A stretch of DNA of 64,000 nucleotides from Calcarisporiella thermophila CBS 279.70 (taxonomy: Eukaryota; Fungi; Calcarisporiellomycota): contig NW_027192195.1 in assembly GCF_041956535.1 (NCBI RefSeq), positions 242,336-306,335 of the forward strand, in the 5' to 3' direction. Below are positions 24,901 to 35,238 of this stretch, piece after piece. The notes beneath the pieces are model-generated. The model saw only the letters and a program-made list of their open reading frames with translations. It had not been told where the DNA came from and made no database searches. Numbering within the stretch: the stretch's first letter is position 1; every line of letters starts with the position of its first letter. The position numbers and the translations under genes are program-made.

Positions 24901-25087
24901 GCGAGTCAAGAGTACCGGAATCATGATCCACGTAGTCATTTGGAACTTCGGTTTCCTCTATAGAAAAAGTTGCGGGCGGAGCTTGCAGCCAGAGTATGAA
25001 AAGGTATGCAGAGGCACAAAGGAGAAGGATCGGAATAAGCGTGAGACCGCCGAGCAGGTAAATGGCCAAGAAAGAGAGCCATCCCAT
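21989..25087 (-). CDS. NVJ2: Membrane-contact-site lipid transfer protein (TM-PH-SMP; Nvj2/TEX2 family), intronless
   Basis: N-terminal TM YLLGGLT; PH-like domain (AVLK..TLFLYD, KEDWYFAL); SMP domain WLNAILGRIF ... IKAPPTNRFWLGF ... MVLPNMDD; long disordered tail. Confidence 0.88.
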   Translation of the reverse strand: MGWLSFLAIYLLGGLTLIPILLLCASAYLFILWLQAPPATFSIEETEVPNDYVDHDSGTLDSPNAQSFRSGWIRVSREYLPKPNLEGGYLSGLMMQGIQSFMDKNKPAAPKRPKDAFFAVLKFNTLFLYDSEMQMDCKGVIVLSLHKVSLYPEHLPDNEVFLRPNSIRLTREEQDEDMLDPRISNDYYIFCDRPIEKEDWYFALLRASTMSQEDSVGVEGLGGRARFDQAAIQELIQTVHSDEHHFHTQWLNAILGRIFLGIYKTEAVRDYFVKKIVKKSTKIKRPSFLGKFQVREVHVGDSLPFITHPRLLEIQPTGDLTAEFNMVYGGGFRVVFQTVATFSYSSRMKPIQMTLVLAVVIRQLSGKMQLRIKAPPTNRFWLGFYDMPELDLEIEPVVSAKQVRSTTIISVIEARIRDMIQEAMVLPNMDDFPFFPTGGLGGIFDEAVPAESGIPISTESSAASSSRVDTANNTTEEKGDKPGQKARGGKVKLGKEERNKEEDVDKDATEQASTSERQLAHGELRRRKNKKTPRAAQKEEHERLSQSTPASISSAGHKSSPSAPTSRHSSIIMPKSASTTHISADTVSSTPNTRPNSSIATSVASKALEAADAVSPAKSALHEHSSDSLEVNRQQGHEKNNEIPRSGSEPALSSLTQHQQHSDDAATAPPQLVSVDEADANEEDDSSLTPSTMTDSSLFSASAKPPGTPGRPMGRGRPIEFPKDSKRWSGGSFQQQREKSRPMMDMAVRILAGRNKNGEERDSRLTTAASAVVSASRYIKQSWRRSAGSSSSHSWGSSTETARNLFTSSSQGVSGARIPNGQSSADQSQSQWGEWTSADDKGLEEREGDWAETEAGEREKNKGKGRSSEFSTGASSTPAKPPRHQYSKSATISSPPLSLDTTSAAINSQPDSLPLNLSPPSPPPRAELRGSPPMLPSRPVPALRRSRQHSLSTPAEFSRIRHHPSTGGLNSGGGKGTTLPSLATEEEVLEEVEAERREIEEQTQQQQQKEEEEKRKYLEHMNAISVGTVLST

Positions 25088-25584
25088 TATAGAGCAACAG
25101 GAAAATAGTTTTTTTAATAAAAAAAGAGTAATTAAAGGAGATTGATAATGATTTAGGAACAAATAAATAATATATTATGGCTGCCGGTTGCGGAGCATAT
25201 TTCAACTAGCATACTAATGGGATGGGGCTGCTAATCTTTTATACTTCAGCGAAAGTTATGTAAAGAGAGAAAGGTGGCATAGGAAACGGTGCCAAAACTT
25301 TCTATCCCCGCACGGTTGGCAAAGAAAATTCCTGAGCCCTTTGGGCAATTTCAAATCGGTTGGGCAGACCATGATCAAAGAGTTTATCAGGTAAAATGGA
25401 CAACTTATATAATATAATACAAGGAAACATTTCCACGAGAAAGCGGGATAAAGATAGGAATAGACAGAGACTAAAGATACGGATCTAGGGTGGTTAGGGA
25501 ATTGTATGAAAGAGGTATTATGAAGTAAAATTTTAAAGTGACTCCCCTTAGAGTGACTTATAGAAACATAGAGGATATGCGCTC

Positions 25585-26160
25585 TTAATCATGAGCTTGG
25601 CTCAACATCTGATCTAACACCTTCAGTCGCTGCACTGTCTCTTCAGTGCCCTGTTCTATTTTTCCAATCTCGCCTTGCACCTTTTCTATATCTCCTCCCA
25701 AACGTCGTGCCTCTTCTTTCATCCGTTGTAAATCATACATCACTCTTGGCATATTTTTGAATATTTCCCCTGTCTGCTGTGTTAGCCTCTCTGTCACCTC
25801 TTTACTCAATAGCTGTAGTCGCATCACAATCATCGTTGCATGTTGCTCCAGGCTCACCCCCTCGACCATATCTTCGCCTTGGGAGGATGTTTGTGATTGG
25901 GGATGCTGTGATTTTGATTCACTCGATGGATCAAGAAATTCTTCGGCCTCGGGGAGACTTAATGTAGAGCCAGAGCGAGAGAGTTGCGCGGATGTAGAGG
26001 AGATGGGGACTGCGGAGAGTGCATCGTTAATCCACGTACGAAGATCGAAGTTATCAGAGAGGAAATCTGTATAATCAATCTGTGAGAAGTTGGAGCTGAT
26101 AGATCTGCCTTCTGAAGCCGCCATGGGTGGTGATTTGGGAGTAGTCTTGACTTCGCTCAT
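25585..26160 (-). CDS. COG7: COG7-like protein, N-terminal part only (short or truncated)
   Basis: FLSDNFDLRTWIN ... MIVMRLQL ... NMPRVMYDL ... LKVLDQ matches the COG7 N-terminus; stops at 191 aa. Confidence 0.7.
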   Translation of the reverse strand: MSEVKTTPKSPPMAASEGRSISSNFSQIDYTDFLSDNFDLRTWINDALSAVPISSTSAQLSRSGSTLSLPEAEEFLDPSSESKSQHPQSQTSSQGEDMVEGVSLEQHATMIVMRLQLLSKEVTERLTQQTGEIFKNMPRVMYDLQRMKEEARRLGGDIEKVQGEIGKIEQGTEETVQRLKVLDQMLSQAHD

Positions 26161-26464
26161 TGTTATTTCAACTCGTTATTTAGATGCAGTGTGGTTTCAA
26201 CTTCTACCAAGAAAGCACTGAACTCGTCAAGTTATAATCCAAATCAGAATATCTGAAATCATATATAAAGATTAGATACTTCACTTACGCGGTTATAATA
26301 ATATTTTATTTACAGTTCGAAGATGCAATGAGATCGAGGAATTAAACCATATCCAAAGAAAAATGAAACACAAAAAGGAAAAAGAAGAAAGAAAATTTAA
26401 GTCGCTACAGCAATCGAAGTAAAAACACTAAAGAATGAGAAAAGCAAAGTGGTTGAGCAGAAGT

Positions 26465-27735
26465 TCAAGTAGATTTAGACAAGTTGATATAGCTCGATGA
26501 TGCAGCCTCGTATTCTGAAACGAAGAATTCTTTTTGGTTTTTCTGCATGAATCTGGTTATATAAGGAGCGGGGGAGGAGAGGGAGGTTAGGCATGCAAAA
26601 AAAAATTGTAACAATTCCAGATTTATTACTTCATGAACTCGATAAGGTATTCTCGCAAGACGTCTACCGATTCCTGATCCATGCTTGTTTGTGCGATTAG
26701 TTGCGGAAGTTGAACAAAGAGTCGAAGTAAATGCTCTGCACCATAGACATCCGCAGGTTCCTTATCAGGCGAGCTCTTCCGGATATCACCATATTGATTA
26801 CGTTCAAAGCGGTAGAGGAGCAAATTGCCAAGTGCTTTGTTGAAATAGAGCCGTATACCATCGATAACTTCACCGAGAATCCCATCAGGTTGACCACTGA
26901 ATTTCACAAATATAGCATAAATACAGTGGAAATATCGAAGCAGAAAATAAAAGAGAGCTCACCTTGTATTGCCTTTTTTCGAGTCCGCAAACAAATCTAA
27001 TATCTTGTTCACGCATGGCTCACGAGGTAACGGAACAAGCTATTAAAAGCAGAGTATATGAAAAATACTTTACTTTTGGGTGCCTAATTTTGACATATTA
27101 CCTGTTGATTTTTTGTTACGTTCTCCCAGTCATCAACCAATTGAATCTTGAGCGATTCGGGAATAGCCACCTGAATTTCTGGCCGTTTCACATTCTCATC
27201 CTCCTAGAACAGGTGGCAATATTAACGAACTTGACAAACACCCAATAATTATTGCAATATACCGTTGTTTGATCTCGAGTCCTCTTACGACCGCGATCCG
27301 ATCCGGCATCGGATGTAGTCTCTCGTTTTGGAGCTGATTTTTTCCGTGTATGCAACTCTTTCAACTGCTGCTGTTTTGCTAAATTTTCATCATTCCATTT
27401 CAGCACGCGCTCTTCGTGCACCCATTCGTCCCATCTATCCAATTATTGAAAGAAAATGAGTGGATTCGCGTGTAAATATAATTGATGGACATTACGAATT
27501 CTTCCAGCCACGGTAGTGCACAAAATAATGCGGGCCTTCTCTCTCCTCTCCCTCTTGCTTTTCTTCGCTTTCCTTCGTCCGGAATTCTGCCTTGAGTATC
27601 TGTGAAAATAATTAATAAATTTAAAGATTGAAATTAATAAGAAAAAAATGCTACCTTAGCCTCGTAGATCAGAGGCCCATGAAAGCATAAAATCCTCTCT
27701 CCTTCTTCAAAATTGAGCTTTTTGTCTTGGGGCAT
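26465..27735 (-). CDS. EAF3: Chromodomain/MRG protein Eaf3 (MRG15), multi-exon
   Basis: FEEGERILCFHGPLIYEAK; HYRGWKNSWDEWV; LYFNKALGNLLLYRFE; YGAEHLLRLFVQLP. Confidence 0.95.
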
Positions 27736-27925
27736 CGTTCTGTCCTCTCCGATCGAATACGAGAAATAAATTGTTTTAAAAAGAAATACATTGAATTTCG
27801 GATGACGTTGACGTTGTTTACCGCGTTTTTTATAATTTAACCCTATTAGCGTTTTACGTTCGATCTCGCTGCATCTTGTATATAGTCCCTAATACAGAGA
27901 CGTCTCTGCTGAGGATCCAGGTCAA

Positions 27926-30900
27926 ATGTTCCTCTACAATCTCACCTTGGAGCCGTCTGCGGCCATTTCGCAGGCAATCCTTGGGAACTTCTCCGGAACG
28001 AAGCAACAAGAGATCATCGTATCTCATCAATCGAGCCTCGAGCTTCTTCGGCCCGATCCTAACACAGGCAAAGTTCATCATGTTCTCGCACACGAGGTAT
28101 TTGGTATAATAAGATCGCTCTCACCATTCCGATTGACTGGTGGATCTAAAGGTAGGCTCACCTTTCACTTTTTCTGAGTATGCTCAAACCAGATAATAAT
28201 ATGCCTCTCCATTTATAGATTATATAATTGTGGGCTCTGACTCGGGAAGAATTGTGATCCTGGAGTATAATCCTGAGAAAAATCAGTTTGATAAAGTGCA
28301 TCAAGAGACTTATGGCAAGACGGGATGTCGGCGTCTAGTCCCGGGACAATATCTGGCAACAGATCCGAAAGGAAGAGCTGTCATGATTGGTTAGCTGACA
28401 ACAAATTGGCTGTTTAGCTATTTTTCCCCCTCCCTAACTAAGACAAATTATGACTATAGGTGCAATTGAAAAGCAAAAACTAGTCTATGTATTGAATCGC
28501 GATTCTGCCGCTAATCTCACAATCTCCTCACCCCTCGAAGCACACAAATCGTATACGCTTGTTCATCACCTGGTTGGTGTCGACGTAGGTTTTGAAAATC
28601 CACTGTTTGCATGCATCGAAATCGACTACTCTGATGTGGACCAAGACTCCACAGGAGAAGCGTTCCAGAATATGGAGAAATTGCTTACATATTATGAACT
28701 TGACCTTGGACTCAACCATGTTGTGCGCAAGTGGAGTGATGCTATTGATAAACGCTCTAATATGCTCTTTGCCGTGCCTGGTGGAAACGATGGGCCTTCG
28801 GGCGTGTTGGTTTGTTCAGAGGGCTATATCACATATCGGCACCAGGATGTTCCTGAGCACCGTGTTCCAATTCCTCGAAGGAATGCTCCGCTCGATGGCT
28901 CGCAAAGAGGGCTGATGATCGTCTCTGGAGCTATCCTGAAAATGAAAGGAGTTTTCTTCTTTTTATTACAGAGTGAATTGGGGGACTTGTATAAGGTATC
29001 GATTGACTACGAAAAGGGGCAGGTCACCAACCTCCGTATCAAATATTTTGACACAGTGCCGGTTGCCTCGTCTTTGTGCGTCTTAAAGAGTGGCTTCCTC
29101 TTTGTTGCTTCTGAGTATGGAAATCACCAGACTTATCAGTTTGTAAGCCTCGGTGATGACAATGAGGATACGGAGTATAACAGCGTCGACTTTATGTCGG
29201 ACGACATTCAGTCTTCAGATCTCCCGTCGGTCTTCATCCACCCACGAGCCCCCAAAAATTTATATCTTGTGGACGAGCGCGAGAGCTTGTCCCCATTGCT
29301 GGACCTAAAAGTACATAATCTAACGGACGAGGACACACCGCAAATGTATGCGCTCTGTGGACGGGGCTCCCGCTCTACTTTCCGCGTACTACGGCACGGA
29401 TTAGAGGTGACGGAGGTGGCCTCATCGGAGCTCCCGGGGAAACCCAATGCAATCTGGACAACTAAACTGCGTTCCACGGATCAATTCGATTCCTACATCG
29501 TGGTGTCCTTCTTGGATCAGACCTTGGTTCTCTCTATCGGCGAGTCAGCGGAAGAAGTGACTGATTCCGGATTCACACAAGATGCTCCAACCCTGGCGGT
29601 GCAACAGCTTGGCGATGACGCCCTAGTGCAGGTATATCCCCATGGCGTTCGGCACATAAGAGCCGACGGTCGAGTGAATGAGTGGAAGACGCCTAGTAAC
29701 CGCACCATTGTGCGCGCTTCTACGAACACACGCCAAGTTGTCATCGCTCTATCAAGTGCAGAAATAGTGTATTTCGAGCTGGACAATTTGGGACAGCTGA
29801 ATGAATTCCAGGAGAGGAAGGACATGGCCATGGGAGTGACAAGCTTGAGCGTGGGGGTGGTTCCAGAAGGGCGCCAAAGATCGAAATTCTTGGCGGTGGG
29901 ATGTGAGGATTTGACGGTCCGAATCTTCAGTCTCGACCCGGAGAGTTGTATGGAGCAATTAAGTGTGCAGGCTGTCAATGCAGTCCCTACTTCTCTCTGC
30001 ATTGCTGAAATGATGGATCAGCCTGGACTTGCTATAGGAACTACCTACCTTAGCATTGGCCTACAGAACGGTGTGATGCTACGATCGGTGCTTGATGATA
30101 TCACGGGTGGCCTCTCAGAAACACGCACACGCTTCCTTGGTGCACGTGCAATCAAACTCCACCATGTGAAGATCCAAGGGAACCCGGCTGTCCTGGCACT
30201 ATCAACCCAACCCTGGCTTATTTATACCTTCCAGGGAAGACTACATACAACGCCTCTTACGTACCACGCGTTGGAGTTTGCCTCTGGATTTTCCTCGGAA
30301 GAGCACTCGGAGGGAATCGTGGCCATTTCTGGAGATACACTGAGCATTTTGACACTGGAGAAGTTGGGAACGGTGCTGAGCCAGTCGAGCATTCCCCTGA
30401 AGTACACGCCACGGCGTATGTTATTGCACCCCGACACGCGGAATTTCGTGATTATCGAATCCGACCACAATACATATTCATCAGACGAATTAAGGAGAAT
30501 AAGGGGAGACGACGTGGTGGATGGCGAGGCCGAGGAAATCCCCCCCGAGATCATAGGACTACCGCGAGCACCGGCTGGAAGGTGGGGGTCCTGTATACGC
30601 ATTCTGAACCCCTTGCAGGGTGAAACTGTGTCGATGCTTGAGCTCGAGGGAAATGAAGCAGCCTTTAGCATGGCCATTGTACAGTTCCAGAGCCAAGGCG
30701 GCGAAGCTTTTCTGGTGGTGGGAACAGCTAAAGATCTGATTTTAGCGCCACGATCCTTCTCTGCCGCCTACATCCACATCTACCGATTTACCGAGGAGGG
30801 CAAGACTATCGAGCTACTGCATAAGACACAGGTCGAGGACATCCCTTTGGCGTTCGTGGGCTTCCAGGGCCGTTTGCTCGCTGGTGTCGGCAAGCTCTTA

Positions 30901-31711
30901 CGAATTTACGATGTGGGTAAACGCAAGCTTCTCCGAAAATGCGAGTGCAAATCCATCCCCACTTGCATCGTTGCTCTGCACACCCAGGGCAACCGAATAG
31001 TAGCTGCCGATATCCAGGAGTCCATGCACTTCGCCGTCTACCGCCACGCGGAAAATCGAATTCACGTGTTTGCCGACGATACCACACCCCGCTGGATGAC
31101 GGCGAGTGTGATGCTCGACTATGAGACGGTTGCCGGGGGCGATAAGTTCGGAAACGTCTTCGTGGACCGGTTGCCCCCCGGGCTCAGCGAACAGATGGAG
31201 GACACCACCTTGGGCGGAAATTTCTCGGTGCAAAAGTCGTATTTGAATGGGGCGCCTAATAGAGTAAGCTCAATACGGAAGACCTAAAAATCACTCCATA
31301 TGCTGACCGCCGTTATTGTAGTTGCAAAATCTTGTCCACTTCCATGTTGGCGACATCGTCACCTCTATCCAGCGTGCAACTTTAGTCCCTGGTGGCCGCG
31401 AGGTCCTGGTATGCGCCACTCATCTTGGCAGCATCCGTGTGGTCATCCCGTTCGCCACCCGCGAAGATGTGGATTTCTTCCAGACGCTGGAGATGCATGT
31501 GCGTCAAGAGACAGCATCACTCATTGGGCGGGACCAACTTGCATACCGAAGCTACTATGTTCCTGTGAAGGGGGCTGTAGACGGGGATTTGGTCGAGCTC
31601 TATAACCTGTTACCGCCCGAGAAACGACGAGCCATTGCCGTGGAAATGGATCGAACCACCGGCGAAATACAGAAGAAAGTAGAGGATATGAGGGTGCGCG
31701 CTGCATTTTAA
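27926..31711 (+). CDS. RSE1: U2 snRNP splicing factor SF3B3/Rse1, 4 exons
   Basis: MFLYNLTL..., [55 protein letters not shown]. Confidence 0.97.
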
Positions 31712-31883
31712 TCACTTTTAATTTGACTCTTTGTTTTTTATTTCCTAACTGTTTCTCAAGGTTCAAATAAAATTTTGGAAAATAACGTGTTTTTCGTTGA
31801 CAGATTCTCGTGTTCTCTTCGTTACACTTGAAATTATCGTTAAGCTAACGTCGGTCGACATTCTTTTGCATTGCACCATCAAA

Positions 31884-32660
31884 ATGTCTATGGACAAACT
31901 GATTAATGTTAGATCTAGACTGTGTTATCCATCGGCGGAAAGAACCAAAGGCCCAATCGTCGAGAATCTTAAATTGCTCTTTGATGATTCATTTCAAAAT
32001 GGTAGGCAAAGGAATGGAATTGAATATTTGGAATCTACCCATTGAATTAATTTTATTTTTTGTTTGGACATTGGAGTCCTTGAGGTCTGTTCCGGCACTG
32101 GTCAGCATGTTGCCTACTTTGCTTCCAACTTCCCAGCCATTACCTTCCAGCCATCCGAATATGACAGGACTTTTTTTGACTCCATCAAGACCTACTTACC
32201 CGGTGGTCCCGCACCCATTTTCCTCGACGCTGGCGACGCATCGTGCTGGAGTAGTTTACCACGGAAGACCTACGATGCTGTGATTGCTACCAATCTCACG
32301 CATGTGGCTCCATTTTCCGTCACAAAGGGGCTCCTGGAGGGGTCCAGTGAGGTGCTAAGACCGGAAGGGCTACTTATAGTTTACGGAGCTTTCAAAATCA
32401 ACAATAGCTACACGGCAGAGAGCAATCGAAAGGTATGCCAAGCCTTATACTGTCATATAGGATGCAGGCCTCTTCTCGCCCAATACGCTGACGCTGGACT
32501 TGCTATCTAGTTTGACGAGGCTCTCAAGGAAAGAGACCCCGATTGGGGACTTCGAGATATCAGCGAGGTGGATTCTATCGCTGAACAGCACGGCCTGCTT
32601 CGGACGAGACTCTGGGACATGCCGTCGAATAATTTTATGGCCGTCTTTAAGAAGACCTAG
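31884..32660 (+). CDS. DUF938/METTL26-family methyltransferase, 3 exons
   Basis: PSAER.KGPI, VLEVCSGTGQH, FQPSE, YGAF, SN..FD..LK.RDPDWGLRD, MPSNN motifs. Confidence 0.9.
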
Positions 32661-33370
32661 TTTGCTATCAATAAACCGTCCAAGCGGACCCTGCCCTAGA
32701 CTCCTCTCCGGCAAATGCTCCGATGATGCGGAGTCTATGGTCGCAGTTTAATTTATACAAAGAGGCATTCAAAGTCATGCAATGAATTCCCGGTAAATGA
32801 AACGGAGAATTATCCGAGTTTTGGTTTGACTTTCATAACTTCCTATTTCTGTCAACACGCGATTTAACCCAGGGCCGCCAAAAAGATATACTATTAAAAA
32901 ACATGTCGTATGAATTTGGTAGAGAAGCTCGAAGTAGAATGTGGATTGAAAAAAAAAAGAAAAAAATCAAATTAAAAGAAAAAAAAATTATACAATTGTT
33001 TGTCTAATATAATTAAACAAAAAAGAAGAGATAAAGGAAAAAAAAAAAAGAGCACTGCAATAATAGATAAGAAAAAAAATAGATAAAAAAGTTATGTTCG
33101 TAGCATAAAAAAAGTCCTTGGAAAAATGAAGAAAAAAAAAGCGATGAGAAAAAATATAAAATATAAAAGAATACATAATTGGATTCATAAAGGATACTAT
33201 AACAGATTTGAAGAAAAAGTATTCTTCGCGCCCCCTATCCCACATTACAACAAATGGATGCTAAAGGTCGGCAAGAGCCAGCCCTCTTGTACAAGAAAGC
33301 CACAGAACCACTTGAGAAGTGAGGGAGAGTAAGTTGATCGGCTAAACAACCCCGCATGGCCCATGTTTCT

Positions 33371-34851
33371 TTACTGTTCGCTGTTTGTCACTTCGCTGAA
33401 GTACTGATCATATTGATCAAGATCCGCCGCCGAAATCTTCTCCGGGTCGTTCAGGTCGCCCCAGTCTGGCAGCTCGTCGGTCCCAAAATCCAACAAGTAT
33501 CCTGGGCGGTCATGTACAATGGAGTCAGCATCGGGAACCCATGAGGACATATGGTCGTGGGAGGTGAAAGACACAGAAGCACGATGCAGCGGAGGAAGTG
33601 TCTTGTCGGCGGCAAGCAAAGAGGGCTGGCGTGAAAGAGGATCAGGCAAAGCGTTAGCTGTGGTTATGGAGCTAGAGCAGGGTCGTTGTTCGTTCTCCGC
33701 AGCAGCACCGGCCGAGTTTTCTTGGATCGCGGTGGAGGTGGAGGTGATGGTGGCGGTAGCAGTGGCAGTAGTGGTGGTTGGTTGGTAAGGCAAAAAGTCG
33801 TCGTCGTATCCCAAATTACCTTGCATCATTTCTTCGTAGTAGTCTGAGTCTTGCATGTCCGTGTCGCCTGAGGTGCGGTCGTCCAAAGAAGCAGCAGGCG
33901 GAGGGGATGAAGAAGGGATCTTAGGGCGCTGGTGGGTTACATGTTGAGATGCAGAGGAAACCGAGGAGGAGGGCGACGAGGAATCGGTAGCAGATTGCTG
34001 AAGTAGAGATTGCGATGCAGATTTTTTAAATGGATGCTGAGGCAATCTTGAGGTCTCCTCGTCGTCGCTGTCTGAGGCCTCTTTTTCGTGGTCATCCTCC
34101 GAGGTGTAAGGAAAAGAAATATCCCTTCGTAAAATTCCCCGCTCCCGCTCCTCTTGTTCCCTTTGCACCTTGTCACTGTACATGCGCGTACGGCGTTTAT
34201 TCGATGGAGGGGATGGAGGCGGTGTGGCAGGTCGCTTGCGCGAAGCAACCGCGTGTGTATCGTCCGTATCACCATCCTCCTCGCCGTAGGCTGATGCAGA
34301 GGTATTGACTCGTTCTGAAATTTTCGATTTTTTGCTGGTCGGCCACTTTTGGGTCGACTTTTGCGCAACGGGCGCAGTTTCATGAAGCGTGTCGGGCTCC
34401 TGGGTTTGAGAGGCCGCCTTCGAGGCAATAAAATAGATATACTTCTTTCCTCGTTGTTCGTCCTGTATTTTTCCAAGCACGGGCTGTCGACGCTGTGCAG
34501 CCGCTCGCTTGTAGTGCTGTGAAATACGGGAGGATACGGTCGCGTAAGGGGTTTGGCCTCTAAATAATGAGCATAGAAAGACGTAAAAAGGAGTCAGTAC
34601 ACTATTTCAACCCAATGAGAACAGGAGCGACCGCATAGAGTTGCTCTTCTGTAGAGGAAAACCGCCTACCCTAATTGCGTAAGTCCATGCTTCAGGATAT
34701 AACTCGCTAGTTGCCGTGGAGACGAGGGGCGATTCCCCATTTCCAAGAGCGCGCGGAGGACTGCGGAGAACACCTTGTCCCGCGAATCCTCCGGGTGTAA
34801 ATGTGCTTTAATAGACGCATATTCGGTCTCAGCATCGGCCGGGTTAGTCAT
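33371..34851 (-). CDS. Gds1-like / HARE-HTH winged-helix protein with long disordered C-terminus, 2 exons
   Basis: DKVF.AVLRAL..MGNRPSSPRQLA..I.K.GL.QLGGQTPYATVSSRISQH across intron 34560-34669. Confidence 0.75.
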
Positions 34852-35238
34852 GGCAATCGCAGTACCCAACGAGTCAAAAAAAGAAATCGTGACAAAAATG
34901 GCTAGACTTCGCACAGAAAGATAAAATGAACTAACAAGCTAAATGAAAAACGGCAAATATGAAGGGGGAGGGAGAGAATGACTCTGGCGGCAGGGTTTGG
35001 AGTAGAAATGAATAGAAAACAGGGATAAAGAAGCCAGATTTCCTTTGTTTTCCGCAAAGAAAAAAAAAATCGGGCAAGCACTGCAAGACAAAGGGTGACG
35101 TAGCATGGACCAATGGTCATGTGGAAGAGTTGTTCTCAGACACTCGCGTCAAAAAAGTGAAAAAATATGAAACAGTAAGACCTCAGGGAGAAAAAATTCA
35201 TCACTTTTGCATACAAATAGATTCTTCCATCGGCATTC

